Positions 12,182-26,262 of a stretch of 64,000 nt of DNA are shown piece after piece. Every line of letters starts with the position of its first letter. Within the stretch, counting starts at the first letter, position 1. The notes beneath the pieces were generated by a model that worked only from the letters and a program-made list of their open reading frames with translations, made no database searches and was not told where the DNA came from. The translations under genes were made by a program, and so were the position numbers. Origin of the DNA: Carcharhinus amblyrhynchos (lineage: Eukaryota); the NCBI GenBank assembly GCA_965287045.1, contig OZ336873.1:49786001-49850000 (forward strand), in the 5' to 3' direction.

Positions 12182-14135
12182 TTTTTTTTTAATTCTTTCA
12201 TGGGATGTGGACATCACTGGCTGGGCTAGCATTTATTTCCCATGCCTAATTATTCTTTAGAAAGTGGTGGTAAGCTGCCTTCTTAAACTGCTACAGTCTA
12301 CGTGGTGTAGGTACATGCGCGATGCTTGTTAAAGAGGGAGTTCCAGGATTTTGACCTGGTGATAGCGATATATTTTCAATTCAGGATGGTGAGTGGCTTG
12401 ATGGAGAACTTGCAGGTGGTGGTGTTTTCATGCTTCTGCCTTTGCCCTTCTAGGGGTGGAGGTCGTGGGTTTGAAAGGTACTGTCAAAGCAGCCTTGCTG
12501 AGTTGCTGCAGTGCATCTAATAGATAGTACACAGGGCAGCCACTGTGTGTCTATGTAGCAGGGGGAATGAATGTTGAAGATGGTGAATGAGGTGCCAATC
12601 AAGCGGGCTTCTTTGTCTTGGATGGTGTCAATCTGTGTTGTTGGAGCTGCACTCACCCAAGTAAGTAAAGAGTATTCCATCATATTCATGACTTGTGTCT
12701 TGTTGTTGGTGGACAGGCTTTTTGGCCTCAGGAAGTGTGTTTTAGTAGCCGCAGAATTCCCATCCTCAGTAGCCACAGTACTAAAATGGCTAATCCAGTT
12801 CAGTTTCTGGTCAATAGTAAGCCTCAGGATTTGTTGGCAAAGTGGTTAGCACTGCTGCCTCAGCTCCAGGGACCCGGGTTCAATTCCAACCTTGGGTGAC
12901 TGTGTGGAGTTTGCATGTTCTCCCTGTGTCTGCGTGGGTTTCCTCCAGGTGCTCCGGTTTTCTCCCATAGTTTGAAGATGTGCAGGTTAGGTGGACTGGC
13001 CATGTTAAATTGCCTGTTAGTGTCCCAAGATGTAGATTAGGTGGAATAGCCATGACAAATGGGAATAGGGCGAAGTGGAGGGCCTGGGTGGGATGCTCTT
13101 TCGGAGAGTTTGTGCAGAATGATCTCTTTCTGCACTGTAGGGATTCCATGGTACAAATGGGATAAGGATGTTGATAGAGTTTCAATGATGATAATGTTGT
13201 TGAAAATCAAGGGGAGGTGGTTGGATTCTCACTTATTGGAGATTGTCATTGCCTGGCGCTTGTGTGTTGTGAATGTTATTTACCAGTTGTCAGCTCAAAC
13301 CCAAATGTTGTTCAGGTCTTGCTACATATCAGCACAGACTGCTTCAGTATCTGAGGAGTTGTGAATAGTTCTGAACATTGTGCAGTCACCAGTGAACATC
13401 CCCATTTCTGACCTTAGGATGAAGGGAAGATCATTGGTGAAACAGTTAACAGGGGGCTGTGATGTCCTGGAACTGAGAATACTGACCTCCAACCACCACA
13501 ACTATCTTTCTTGGTGCCAAGCATGACTCCAATCAGTGGAGAGTTTCCCTCTGATTCCTACTGACACCAGTTTTGCTAGGGCTCCTTGATGCCGCACTTG
13601 GTCAAATGCTACCAGGTTGTCAAGGGCAGTCAGTCACCTCTGGAATTCAGTTGTTTTTTTTTATCCATGTTTGAAATGGGCTGTAATGAGGTCAGGAGCT
13701 GAGTGATACTGGTGAAACCTAAACTGAGCATCAGTGAGCAGGTTATTGCTGAGTAAGTGTTGCTTGGTAACATTGTCGACGACACCTTCCATCACTTTGC
13801 TGTTGTGATAGATTAGACTGTTGGAGCAGGGTTGGATTTGTCCTGCTTTTTGTGGATGGGGCATACCTGTGCAATTTTCCACATTGCCAGCCAGGTGCCA
13901 GTGTTGGAGCTGTACTGGAACAACTTGGCTAGGGACGCTGGAAGTACTGGGGCACATCTTCAGTACTATTGCTGGAATGTTGTCAGGGCCCATTGTTTTT
14001 GCAGTATCCAGTGTCTCCAACCGTTTCTTGAAATCACATGGAATGAATTGAATTGGCTGAAGATTGGCATCTGTGATGCTGGGGATGACTAAAGGAGGCT
14101 GAGATGGGTCATCCACTTGGCACTTCTGGCTAAAC
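12182..14135 (-). mobile_element. Decayed CR1/L2-group LINE with a V-SINE nested at ~12836-13150
   Basis: RT fragments LDTAKTMGPDNIPAIVLK, HLLSNNLLTDAQF, SAPDLIT; tail ttttaattctttcatgggatgtgg. Confidence 0.75.
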
Positions 14136-14864
14136 AATGTGTAAGAATGCCTTCGCCATTGTGTGCTTAACCCCCGAGCAGCACGCTTATCCTTCCCAAG
14201 GTACCAATTTCTGTGATGGTGCTGAGGGATGATGTGATACTGCATCCTCTGTAACTTCTTCCTCCTCCTGGGAAGGGAGTGGTGGCACAGCTTCTGCCAG
14301 AGGGTCACCAGAAGAGGCTCCTCCTGTGACCAAGAGATAGAAGTCAGGGGGTTAATTGGCATCCAATGACCTTGACAGAACAATGCTACCACAAGACTGA
14401 ACATATTGGCAGACATAATACATACTTGAACGATCACCTGAAGCTTCATATGATGCAGTGTGTCAGAATTCCAATGTTTGAAATATATTCACAGCCTAAT
14501 TGTCCACCCTCCATGAAACCTCCACTTTACTATCTGACTGAGCCTTTGGCCTTTAGACTAAGGCCTTTCTCCAGTCTTATCTCAGCCTATGCTCTAGGAG
14601 GAATCAGCTTCCATGAGTCTCAGAATCTTCTCTTCAAAAGGACTCAGGATTTCCGGGTTTGGCAATTCCACATCTCTAAGGGCTCTCTCGTGGGCATTGT
14701 GGGCTCGCTTTTCCTGAAAAGACTTGTAAGTGTGCGTTCATTAACAATCTCAATTAACATGACACCAACCTATTCTAAGTGCAATATGTACCAACCTGGA
14801 TGCCATGCTCATATGTCATATTCTCTTCCTATAAACTCCTAACTAGACCATTGGCTGACAATGT

Positions 14865-15200
14865 TTAAGACAGTGGTGTTGTTGTTGAATCATGCTTTCC
14901 TTGAGAAGCAGCCATACCCAATTCCCTCCTGCATTCACCAGTGCCAGTGCCCAAACTTGGTCTTACCGAGGCTATACTCACCCTGTCCAACCTCAAAAGG
15001 TCATTGATCTTTTCTGCACATTGGGAGCAAGTTCTTATGACCAAGCCAACACTCTGGACCACCTCAACCATCTTTTTGTGCCTGGTGCTGGCATCAACTG
15101 TTCACGCCAATCCAAGATTGCATGTAGGAGAGCTCTCAGGATCTATTGGCTGATTTGTCCCCTGTAATCTGCCTCTCCACCTCGCTCCAATGGTATTGAC
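14865..15200 (-). mobile_element. Harbinger Myb/SANT-like ORF remnant
   Basis: EVVQSVGLVIRTCSQCAEKINDL fits the RTxxQCxKKxNDL trihelix pattern. Confidence 0.5.
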
Positions 15201-15404
15201 ATTCTATATGGAAACATATAACAATTGTACTACTCCTACGTGCAACTATATGAGAAATTTTCTGAGGTTTAAGAATTATTCCAGCTGTGAAGTGTGCCAA
15301 GGTTAGAAGACAGAACTCCCAATTAGATTTTCTCACATTACAGGTCTGGAAGCCTCACAAAAGATTATTGGGGTTAGGTGAGAATGTTTACAAAAAGCTT
15401 AAGG

Positions 15405-15700
15405 ATTAGTGTCACAAGTAGGTTTACATTAACACTGCAATGAAGTTACTGCGAAAATCCCCTAGTTGCCACATTCTGGTACCTGTTCAGGTACACTAAG
15501 GGAGAATTTAGCATGGTAAATGCACCTAACCAGCACATCTTTTAGATTATGGAAGGAAACCGGAGCACCCAGAAGAAAACACAAGCAGGTACAGGGAGAA
15601 CGTGCAGACTCTGCACAGAGACCCAAACCAGGAATTGAACCTGGGTCCCCGACAATATGAGGCATCAGTGCTAACCACTGTGCCACAATGCCACCACCAT
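15405..15700 (-). mobile_element. V-SINE, tail type B
   Basis: Same family as 3651, reversed. Confidence 0.75.
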
Positions 15701-16657
15701 GTGGAGTTGAGGTTGCAATCAGATCAGCCACGATCTGACTGAGCCCACTCAGCCATTCAAGGGGCCTATGCTGGCTCCTCATTCAATTGTTGGTTCATAT
15801 GTTCATATATAGAAGTATGGAGCGCTAATAAAAAGTAGTAAATAAATAGCCTAATTAATCGGCTTTGTGAGCCAAAGTTTAATGGATATTGAGTCAGCAT
15901 AGAACTGGCTTGAAGTGCTGAATAGCCTACTCGTATTCATGTGCCATAGTAAAAGTGTGTTTATATATTCACCACCATGCCGTGCCACCATATTATCTTT
16001 AGGTATGCAACAACCAAATCACATTAATTTCTGTGACATCACAACAATAACCTGTAACCTCTGATCTGAATGCAAGCTTAAGTCATGTGTGCTCCATACA
16101 TATGCATCTGAACATGATGGAAGTTGGGATGTACCAGCGTACACGCTGAAAGTACTCTTTTTATTAACTTCTGATGCGGTCACCTCCAGTCATCATAGAT
16201 CAGGTGTTGCAGTTTCACTGGAACAGGACATAGACATTTAGCTCTTTGAGCCCGTTCTGCCATTCAGCCAGATAATGACTGATCTGTATCTTGATGGCAG
16301 CTACCTGTCTTGGTTCACTTTCCCTCAATATATTTGATGAACAAAAATCTATCAATCTCGGCTTTGATATTTTCAGTTGACTGAGCTTTCAACAACTTTT
16401 CAGTGGAGAGAGTTTCAGATTTACACTGTCCTTTGTGAATATATTCAAGTTAGAGTTGGGCCGTTTAAGAGACAAGTTAGGAAATAAACGTTTCATACGA
16501 AAGGGGTAGAAATGTGGCACTCACAAAACAATGCTAGCAATTAATGATTTGAAATCTGAGGCTGATGGGTTTTTGCTAACCAGTGGTATTAAGGGATACG
16601 GAAGCAACACAAGTGGATGAAGCTGAGATATGGATCAGATATGACCTAATTAAATGA

Positions 16658-16920
16658 TGCCTCACAGCACCAATGACCTGGGTTCAATTCTTGGCTTGGG
16701 TCACTGTCTGTGTGGAGTCTGCACATTCTTCCTGTGGGTTTCCGCTGTGTGCTCCAGATTCCCCCTGCAGTCCGAAAGATGTGCAGATTAGGTGCATTGG
16801 TTATGCTGAATTCTTCCTCAGTGTACCTGAGCAGGCACTGGAGTGTGGCAACTCAGGGATTTTCACAATAACTTCAAAGCAGTGTTAATGTAATCCTACT
16901 TATAACAATAATAAATAAAT
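16658..16920 (+). mobile_element. V-SINE, tail type B
   Basis: 5'-truncated copy ending aataaataaat. Confidence 0.7.
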
Positions 16921-17208
16921 GTCAATCTAAGAATAGTGCCCATCCCAGTTAAGCAATCAGCATTACTTTTATTGATACTCTTCAGAGTAAAATAAAACAG
17001 GAGGGAATTACAGAAGCAGAGCTGTTATTGCTAAGATCTTTGCTTCGAATGCTCATTATCTGAAGGAATTTCTGCATTTATACTTGCCATGTTAAACTCT
17101 ACAGATGAATAATTGCATATTTGAGCATGGATTACAATAATTCACGTTGGTTCACACTATGGATCCCTGTAGCTGTGATATTTTAATAAATGTGTTTCTG
17201 TTCTAAAG

Positions 17209-17262
17209 ATCAGCAATGACTTGATGGATTACGATAGGAACAGAGACATCCGATCACATGAA
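17209..17262 (+). CDS. Weak candidate exon (ISNDLMDYDRNRDIRSHE), 54 nt, phase 0-0
   Basis: tgtgtttctgttctaaag| ... GAA|GTGAGA. One open frame. Confidence 0.3.
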
Positions 17263-18439
17263 GTGAGACTTAACATCTTGTATTTTGTGAAGACATGTGA
17301 CTAACTAGAAGGTTAATATGCTCTAAGGGCTGCAACCTGATCAGCCACACAGGCATTTATGCAACAAAAACTACAATTCTACTTTTGTTTTTGGAAAACC
17401 ACAAACTGTTTATTTGCTTATGTCTTTCCTCTGTTCTGAATAAGGAGCTGTAGTGCAACACAACATGTTTTGGATTAAATATGTGATCTAGGGCATGAGC
17501 ACAATGTGGCTTTTGAAGTCCCACACTGGTACAAATGGGATAACATATGATTGATTGTTCAAAAATCTTCCTTGAGTTAACATTGTGTTTGGCCTTTGCG
17601 TTTTTTAAAAGATATCTAAGGCAGAACAGCTATATATAAAGAGAACACTTCTTTCACGTGTGGTTGGTTCTCCCTGAGCCATTTTTCAATCTGATACAGG
17701 GATCATCTTTCCAAACCTCTTTTAAATCACTGCTTCTCAACAAGACTGTAAGAAGATAAATGAGAGGTTTTTTTTATTCTTTCATGGGATGTAGGCATTG
17801 CTGGCTGGGCCCATCCCTAATTACCCTTGAAGGGGCATTTAAGAGTCAATTGCATTGCTATGGGTCTGGAGTCACATGTTGGCCAGATCAGGTAAGTAGG
17901 GCAAATTTCCTTCCCTAAAGGACATAAATGAACCAGATGGGTTTTTACAGCAATCGACAGTAGTTTCATAGCCTTTGTTAGATTTTTATTTTCAGATTTT
18001 TATACAATTCGAATCTCACCATCTGCTGTGGTGGAATTCGAACTTGGGTCCCCAGAGCATTATCCTGGGTCTCGAGATTACTCTTCCAGTGACAATTTTA
18101 TTATGCCACTCTTTTACCTCCGTTTTGTCCAATGGAGAAGGGTTTGACATCACCAACTCTGTAATAAGAGTGCAGTCAACACCAAGAACTTATTGGTTAG
18201 CCCAGGACACTGAATCACCAATGCACCACCTTAAGACAGGTTATCTATCCATGTAGAATTGGTCCAATTTCTGGGCACTACTCTGTAGGAAGGCAACGAA
18301 AGCTTTGGTGAGAATACAGAAGAGATTCCCAAAAACAGTCACAGGGATGAGGGTTTTTTCTCAGAACAGAGGAGGCTAAAGAGATTTGACGGGGATGCAT
18401 AAAGGGGTTTAGATCATGTAAATAAAGAGAAAATGGCAC

Positions 18440-18762
18440 AGGTGGCATATGGCACAGTTGTTAGCATTGCTGCCTCACAGCGTCAGGGACCCGGATTCAA
18501 ATCCAGCCTTGGATGACTGTCTGTGAGGAGTTTTCATGTTCTCCCTGTGTCTGTGTGAGTTTCCTCTGGGTGCTACAGTTTCCCCCCACAGTCCAAACAT
18601 GTGCGGGTTAAGTTGATTGGCTATGATAAATTGTCCCTTAGTGTCAGGGGGATTAGCCAGGTAAATATGTGGGGTTACAGGGATAGGGCCTGGCTGGGAT
18701 TGTTATTAGTGCAAGCTTGATGGGCCAAATGGCCTCCTTCTGTACTGTAGGAATTCTGTGAT
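18440..18762 (+). mobile_element. V-SINE, tail type A
   Basis: Full head and core plus tgggccaaatggcctccttctgtactgtag tail. Confidence 0.8.
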
Positions 18763-19049
18763 CAGATGATTGGATAACCAGACCTTCCATACATCCACAG
18801 ATATTTACAATCCCAGCCTGTTGGCAGCACTACAGAAGAGAGGGATTGTGTACAACTGAACATAAGAACTAGGAGCAGGAGTTGGCCATTCAGCCCATCG
18901 AGCCTGCTCCACCATTCAGTACCATCATTGCTGATCTCTAATAAAGGAAGGAAATGCACTGGCCACAATGAAAGGAAGGTTTGGGCCTAAGAAAGGTACC
19001 TCCAAAGGACACCTCAAAGGATTACTTTCTGAAGAACAGTTACTCTTGT

Positions 19050-19305
19050 TATCTAGGCCCAAGTCCAATTTGCCAGTGCCAGTGTTGTTTGAGGGAGAAA
19101 TGCTGGCCGGCAGAGAACGTCCTGTAGCTTTCTGAATCGTGCCAGGTTGATGTAAATAATCAGGACAGGGCTGTGGCTGAACATCCCATCTAAATAACTG
19201 CTTCTGACAATACAGAGCACCCTTAATACAGCGCTGAAGCACCAATCTAGATTACTTTGCACAAATCCATTGTGGGATTTGAGGCTATGACCTGCTGACT
19301 CTGAG
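19050..19305 (-). mobile_element. Old Deu-domain SINE fragment (SacSINE1/AmnSINE1-like)
   Basis: Similar to the 24392-25156 copy. Confidence 0.45.
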
Positions 19306-19507
19306 GCCCCTACTATAGATCTTGTGTTGGAAGATTAACAATTCATTTCTCCTTGAGGGGAAGTCCTAGTGGAAACACCAGTCGGGATTGAACTTGGGTC
19401 TTCCAATCCTGCAGCATTAATTGCTAGGCCACCTATTTGAAAGCTGTGCTGAGCGTACTTTTAGCAATGTAGCCTTTTTATAACCAGCACCTTCTCTCTT
19501 CATACAG

Positions 19508-19599
19508 CATTGTTCATACAGGATGGGGAGATTGCAACAAGTGTTGAATTAACTGCTGATCCAGTACATACCTCAGGATACATTGAATCATGGCACAAG
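19508..19599 (+). CDS. Candidate exon (LFIQDGEIATSVELTADPVHTSGYIESWHK), with an alternative acceptor at 19522
   Basis: cttctctcttcatacag| ... AAG|GTAAGT consensus donor. The phase-1 start fits exon 11827-11896; the phase-0 start at 19522 fits exon 17209-17262. Confidence 0.5.
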
Positions 19600-19725
19600 G
19601 TAAGTGTGCAAAGCACAAACAGGAAAATCCACTGCGGCCTTTGGATAACGTCGTGAAAATCCGGCACCTTGTATTTTGAGTTAACCTGCACCAACTCCTT
19701 TGAAAAACATTAATCCGTGACCTAT

Positions 19726-20070
19726 GGGTGGCACAGTGGTTAGCACTGCTGCCTCACAGTGCCAGGGACCTGGATTCAATTCCAACCTTGAGTAACTGTC
19801 TGTGTGGAGTTTGCATTTTCTCCCTGTGACTGTGTGGGTTTCCTCTGGGCGCTCTGGTTTGCTCCCACAGATGTGCAGATTAGGTGGATTAGCCATGCTA
19901 AATTGTCCCCTAGTGTCCAAAGATGTGTAGGTTACGTGGTAGGTTAGCCAAGGTCAATGTGTGGGGATTATGGGAATAGGGTGGGGGAGTGGGCCTTGAA
20001 TGCAATTTTGGAGGGTTGGTACAGATTCAATGGGCCAAATGGCCTCCTTCTGCATTGTAGAGACTCTATG
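19726..20070 (+). mobile_element. V-SINE, tail type A
   Basis: Head, core and tail as above. Confidence 0.8.
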
Positions 20071-20142
20071 GAAAAAAAATACGGAAGGGCCACAGATTTA
20101 AAGGAATTGGCAAAATAAAGATGCGACATGAGGAAAAACATT

Positions 20143-21112
20143 AGAACATAAGAACATAAGAAATAGGAGCAGGAGTAGGCCATCCAGCCCTTCGAGCCTG
20201 CCCCGCCATTCAATAAGATCATGGCTGATCTGTCGCTGCTCAGTTCCACTTTCCCGCTTTCTCCCCATAACCCTTAATCCCCTCTCTTATCAAAAACCCA
20301 TCAACCCGCGTCTTAAAAATATTTAGCGAGGCAGCCTCCACCACTTCAACGGGCAGAGAATTCCAGAGATTCACCACCCTTTGAGTGAAGAAGTTCCTCC
20401 TCAACTCCGTTCTAAACCGCCCCCCTTTTATCTTGAGGCTGTGCCCCCTAGTCCTACTGTCTTTTTTGAGCGGGAAGAGTCTCTCCACCTCTATCCTATC
20501 CATCCCATTCATCATCTTATAAGTCTCAATGAGATCTCTCCTCATTCTTCTAAACTCTAACGAGTACAAGCCCAGTTTATTCAGCCTCTCCTCATAGCTC
20601 AACCCCCTCAACTCCGGTATCAGCCTAGTAAACCTCCTCTGCACTCCCTCCAAGGCCAAAATATCTTTGCGCAGGTGCGGCGCCCGAAACTGCACACAGT
20701 ACTCCAGCTGCGGCCTCACCAATGCCCTATACAGCTGCAGCAAGACCTCCCTACTTTCATATTCAATCCCCCTCGCTATGAAGGCCAGCATCCCATTCGC
20801 CTTCCTGACCACCTGCTGCACCTGCAAGCTGGGTTTTTGCGACTCATGCACAAGGACCCCGAGGTCCCTCTGCACCGTCGCCTGCTGCAGTTTTTCGCCC
20901 CGTAAGTAATAGTCCTTCCTACCATTCTTCCTACCAAAGTGGACCACCTCACACTTGCCAACATTAAATTCCATTTGCCATTTCCTGGCCCATTTGCCCA
21001 GCCTATCTAGATCCTTCTGCAGACTCTCCACACCCTCCGCACAATTTGCCGTTCCCCCTATCTTGGTGTCATCAGCAAATTTCGACACCCTACACTCGGT
21101 TCCCTCCTCCAG
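20143..21112 (-). mobile_element. Young 5'-truncated CR1 LINE with an uninterrupted ORF2 C-terminus
   Basis: ORF 20240..21088: SKFADDTKIG, WQMEFNVGKC, RPQLEYCVQF, TRGHSLK, FFTQRVVNLWNSLP; (aagaacat)n tail. Confidence 0.92.
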
Positions 21113-21410
21113 ATGGTTAAGATTTTGAATGCATTAGCTGATTGGGTGGTGGATACAGATTCAATTGCAACCTTGACAAAGCATTAGATAAATACATGAA
21201 AGAGAAAACAATTACTGGGATAAAGGGAAGGAGGAGAAGGGAACTAACTGGATTGCTCTTTAAAAGAGTTGGCACAGACTCAATGGGCCGAATAGCCACC
21301 TTCCATGCTGTACTATTCTATGATTTGAGAATGTTACCCATCTTATGGACTAAGTTGATTGATGACAAATGAATCTAATCAACAATTAGCGATGTTTTCC
21401 TTTGCAACAG

Positions 21411-21440
21411 CAAAAACTAGGCAACGGACATCAAGCATAA
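21411..21440 (+). CDS. Candidate terminal coding segment (QKLGNGHQA*)
   Basis: Acceptor gttttcctttgcaacag|, phase 0 compatible with 19599. TAA at 21438-21440 and AATAAA at 21538-21543. Confidence 0.3.
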   Translation, partial: QKLGNGHQA

Positions 21441-22011
21441 TTTAAAATTCCAGTCTTTGCTTTAAAAAAAAAGACTGGTTCCAGAATAATCGGATCAGAT
21501 GAATATGTTCAGAAAATAGATCAGCTGAGTCACCTTAAATAAAGGCAGCATTGAGTAGAGAAGTCTCTGGATGTCACAGAATAAGAAACAATCTTAGTGG
21601 AAATAGCTGAATCCGTGCAAACTGTAACACATGATCGTTCAAAGTGTTTCACAATGTGAGGATAGAGAGACAAAGATATATGTAGATAAAGATACACAGA
21701 AACAACTTGCTTTTATACAGCATCTGTCATGGTCTCATCCCTCACAGGAAATGCAGTACTTATTGCAGTGTAGTTACTGTTGGAATACAGCAGAGTGGCA
21801 TTGTAAACTCCCACAGACAACAAGGAAATAAATGACCAGGTCATCTATCGTAGGTGCTGCTGGTGGGATGGATGTTGATCAGAATATAGTTATCCATCCT
21901 CTCAGAATTCCCTGGAGCCTCCTGGAATGGGGAACGAGGAGATCTTAGAGCTTCACAGTTTGAATCATAGCAGCGCCCTCCAGAACCCTGCTCCACAAAG
22001 TCACCAACCAA

Positions 22012-22322
22012 AGGTGGCACAGTGGTTAGCACTACTGCCTCACAGCACCAGGAACCTGGATTTGATTCCGGCCTTGTGTGACTGTCTGTGTGGAGTTTGC
22101 AAATTCTCCCCATGTCTGTGCGGGTTTCCTCCCGGTGCTCTGGTTTCCTCCCACAGTCCAAAGATATGTGGGTTAGGTAGGTTGACCATGCTAAATTGCC
22201 CCTTAATGTCAGGGCGATTAGCAGGGTAAATATGTGGGTTACAGGGACTGGCTAGATTGTGGTTGGTGCAGACTCAATTGGCTGCATGGCCTCCTTCTGC
22301 ACTTAGGGATTCTGTGATTCTA
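22012..22322 (+). mobile_element. V-SINE, tail type A
   Basis: Head, core and tail as above. Confidence 0.8.
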
Positions 22323-22739
22323 ATCACCATTGCAGAGAAAACTCCACCAGGGGGCGCACAACTCCAGGACCTCACAATATTCTCAACCCCACCCCTAGAG
22401 GAGCTGGGAAGAGTTGGAAGTCAGGAATTTGGGCTGGGAACTTTGCTGGAGAATTGTGAGGTCGTGGAAGTTGTCTAAGGCTGCAGAACAGGATTTGGAG
22501 GTCAGGAGGGAAAGGATGAGCCAGTGAATGGGACAGACTTATAACAACCTGCAGTTTGTACAGAGCCAAGACTAACAGCAGTGAGAAGAGTGGGAAATGG
22601 AGAGATTGAGGGGGATTAAGATTCAGGGGTCAGGTCGAGAGGAAGACTAGGAAATGGTGATCAGGGAGAAGGCAACTACGGAATGAAGTCAATAGCTTGG
22701 TAATTGGAGGGAGGACAGTAAAAATTCTGGTCTTGGTCA

Positions 22740-22930
22740 GGGAGTGGGAGACTGCTGGATAAGAATGGGAGAATGGGAGAGAGGGAGAGTGCAGAGTGAG
22801 GTTGGGAGAGAGGGAGGGTGGGGAATGAGGGTGGGAGAGTGGGGTTGTGGGGAATGAGGGTGGGAGAGATGAGGAATGAGGGTGGAAGAGAGGGAGTGCA
22901 GAATGAGGGTGGGAGTGAGGGGCAGTGGAG
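22740..22930 (+). repeat. G-rich low-complexity tract (gggaatgagggtgggagag variants)
   Basis: Repeated GGG runs on a purine-rich plus strand. Confidence 0.7.
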
Positions 22931-24391
22931 AATAACGTGCGTACCAGGATCAGCATTTTCTGCAAATCTTTGAGTAGCAACAATGTGATGATGACAGCAG
23001 TGCTGAGAGAGGAGAGGCCAGGAAAAGGAAGGGAAGCCTGGGGGTTATGGGAGAATAGTGAGTAACGGTCTCCACTGGGAAGCTAATGGAAAAGAAGGGG
23101 ACAGAGTTTCAAAATTCTCACTGAAAGATCCATTGAGGAAGGGAAAAGGAAAGTTCTTTAATTGAGACTACTAAGTGATAGGATGTTTTATCACCAGTTG
23201 CTACTAAGGTGAAGAGAACCCCTTTGTTTTTAGCAGGGTATGGGATAAATGTTTAATAAGTGTCCATCATCATTCACGACTGGATGTATCACACTGTTGC
23301 TTGACAGCTTGAGATAGCTGTCCCAGTTTTGGGGCTAGCCTCCAGGTGTTAGTAAGGAGGGCTTTGCAGAACTGACAGGGCTGGGTTTGCCATTGTTTTT
23401 TCTAGTGCCAAGGTCCATACAGGTGGTCCATTCAGTTTCATTCCTTTTTGACTTTTCTGTGGTGGTCTGATACAACTGAGAGGCTTGCTGGGCTATTTCA
23501 GGGGGCAATTAAGTGTGAACCAAATTGCTATTGGTCTGGAGTCAATTGTAGGTCAGACAGAGTAAGGATGGCAGATTTCCTTGCATATTGGTATCATCGG
23601 ACAATGATGGCTTTTTATGACAATCGATGCAGAATTCACGGTCAACATTACTAAAACTAGCTTTTAATTCCAAAAAATTTAAATGATTGAATTTAAATTC
23701 CACCATCTGCCATAGTGGGATTTGAACCTGTCTCCCCAGAGAGCAAAAGCTTCAGTCTCTGCATTACTCAGTAAGCTACATTATCTCTATGCAACCACCT
23801 TCCTTTAAATATCCAATGGTGCTAATGTAGATTATTTGTTTGTACCTCTGGATTGGGGTTTGAACCCACAGCCTTCTGACTTGATGAGATATTAAACTGA
23901 GGCCTCATAGTCCTGGGCAGCACAGACACCATGTCTCAGTTGTACTTGTCAGATCAGAGCTGTTGGTGATCTGAAGGGCTGATCACAGTGAACATGTTAA
24001 TCTTGCACCATTTGCTCAGTCAGAAGTCAAGGTAATGAACAAAGTTAGCAGCAGAATTTCAATGGATCCATACAATCTATTGCTTTCTCCTTCATCTGTA
24101 CATTGGATATTTCACCTGGGACTATTGTGATATAATGTGCATGCACCTTTAAGGATGTGAATCTTAAATTGTTGTATTTAACTACTCCCACTGACACAGG
24201 ATATGAATCAGTAGATCCATAGGGTGGAGATTAGATGGACAATATTTAGGTGCATAATGATGCTATCTGTATATAATTTTACCTTCAAATAAAGAACCTA
24301 TGTTAATGTGCCACCAATTCTTGTGTATGATTGGCTCATTTTGGAAAAAGTGAAGAATATATTAGGGGTCAATCTCTCAATTGGTATAAAA

Positions 24392-25156
24392 AAGAAAGAC
24401 TTGTATTGATATAGCACCTACCATGGCCACACAACATTCCAAAGCCAATGACGTTCTGAAGCCAATGAGGGCGGCACAGTGATTAGCACTACTGCCTCAT
24501 AGTGCCAGGGACCTGAGTTCAATTCTGGCCTTCAGTGACTGTCTGTGTGGAGTTTGCACATTCTCCCCGTGTCTGCGTGGGTTTCCTCTGGGTGCTCCGT
24601 TTTCTCCCACAGTCCAAAGATGTGCGGGTTAGGTGGATTGGCCATGCTAAATTGCACCTTAGAGTCCCAAGATGTGTAGGTAGGTGGATTAGCCATGGGA
24701 AATGTGTAGGTTTATGGGAGGGGGAAAAGGGCCTGGATAAGATACTTGGTCAGAAAGCCGGTGAAGACTCAACAGACCAAGTGGTCTCCTTACGCACTAT
24801 AGGGATTCTATGATGCTTTTGACACGCAGTCACTGTTGTAGTGTAGGAAATAGTAGTCATGATGTGGAGTAGTGTAGGAAACACAGCAGCCAATTAGTGC
24901 AGAGCAAGGTCCCACAAACAGCAATGTCATAATGATTAGCTAATCTGTTTTTTGTGAATAATATTGATAACAGGATAGATATTGAGCTAGGCACCAGGGA
25001 ATGCTATGGGATCAATTACATCCACCTGGGAGGCAAATGGCATCTTGGTTTAGCATCACATCTGAAAGGTGGCATCTCCAATAGTGTAACTCTCCCTCCG
25101 TACTATATTGGAGCGTCAGCCTAGATTTTTGTGCTCAAGTGCTGGAGTGGGACTTT
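24392..25156 (-). mobile_element. Deu-domain SINE (SacSINE1-like) with a V-SINE nested at ~24469-24815
   Basis: Tail aaagacttgtattgatatagcacc; Deu-like core tgctatgggatcaattacatccacctg..catctgaaaggtggcatctcc; head end gctggagtgggactt. Confidence 0.6.
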
Positions 25157-25741
25157 ATACAATGGTGCAGTACTGTTTGCAATAAGGCAGTCAGTAAACT
25201 GCTATATAAGGGCATGATCAATGAAGTAGAAATCAGTCTTGGGCAGTATCACGATGTGGGACAATGGTTCAAAGCTCCAGGTTCAAGTCCTACCCAGGAC
25301 TTGATGGCCAAGAAAAGTGTGTGTATAACGCGGTCAAACAGGTTGAGTGTCAACCAGAAAATCTTTCCAAACATGCCAATGGCTGCTGGTAAGTGCGAGA
25401 GAGACTCCTGGTCAGCCATGTTTGATGTGAAGTGGAGTGGTGACAGGCAAGCGACCTGTTCTAGGGAAAAAAAATCTTTGGTACGGAAAGAGAAAACATG
25501 ACTGTGGCATGGTTGATATGGTAAATCAGCCACCAGTTAAAATTTGGGCGATGTTTATTAGATCCTGTAACGGACAATATATTCACCCGATACTTAAATG
25601 TTTATGGTTTGCTTTAAGACATTCACATTCTTGAAGTCATTAGTCAAGGTCATGTACAGATCCGACTGATTTTCTCTCTTTTATCAAATATTAAAGAGCG
25701 CAACATCTAATTATTACATAACCAGGCCAAGATTATTCAAA

Positions 25742-25866
25742 TAAAAACAGAAAATGCTGGAAAATTTCAGCATCTGTAGGGAGAGAATAGAGCCAATGTT
25801 TTGAGTCTAGATGACCCTCTGAAGGGGTTTCAGATTCCCAGCATCTGCAGTGTTTTCCTTTTATCT
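25742..25866. mobile_element. Short Penelope-like element (family B) with inverted segment and 13-bp TSD
   Basis: aagattattcaaa at 25729-25741 and 25867-25879 flanks acagaaaatgctgg..gagtctagatgaccc plus inverted cagattcccagcatctgcag. Confidence 0.7.
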
Positions 25867-26262
25867 AAGATTATTCAAAATTGGGAGATTAATGGGAATG
25901 TATTCCCCTTTTTACTGAGATCCGAACAAAATAAGAAAACAAATGTTTTATAAACAAAATGGTATCTATCTCTAAATGATAGAGATGATTATGTTTAAAT
26001 ATTGGGAAAGCTGGAATTCTGTTGGGGGAAGACACTGAGTGACAGACCTTTACTCTGGTGAAATTCACATCATCTTTATTTTCAAACAAGGCTCAATGGC
26101 TATTATTAAATTGCGTTTTAAAGTTTAATAAACATTTTGTCATTTGAACATATAGATATTTTCCACCTTGTTCGAGTTTTGCGATGTGAGGTATTTCTCT
26201 GCTGGTAGCCCACTGAGGTCAGAAGACTTGCGTGTTCCCCTGCCCAGATATAGAGCAGGATA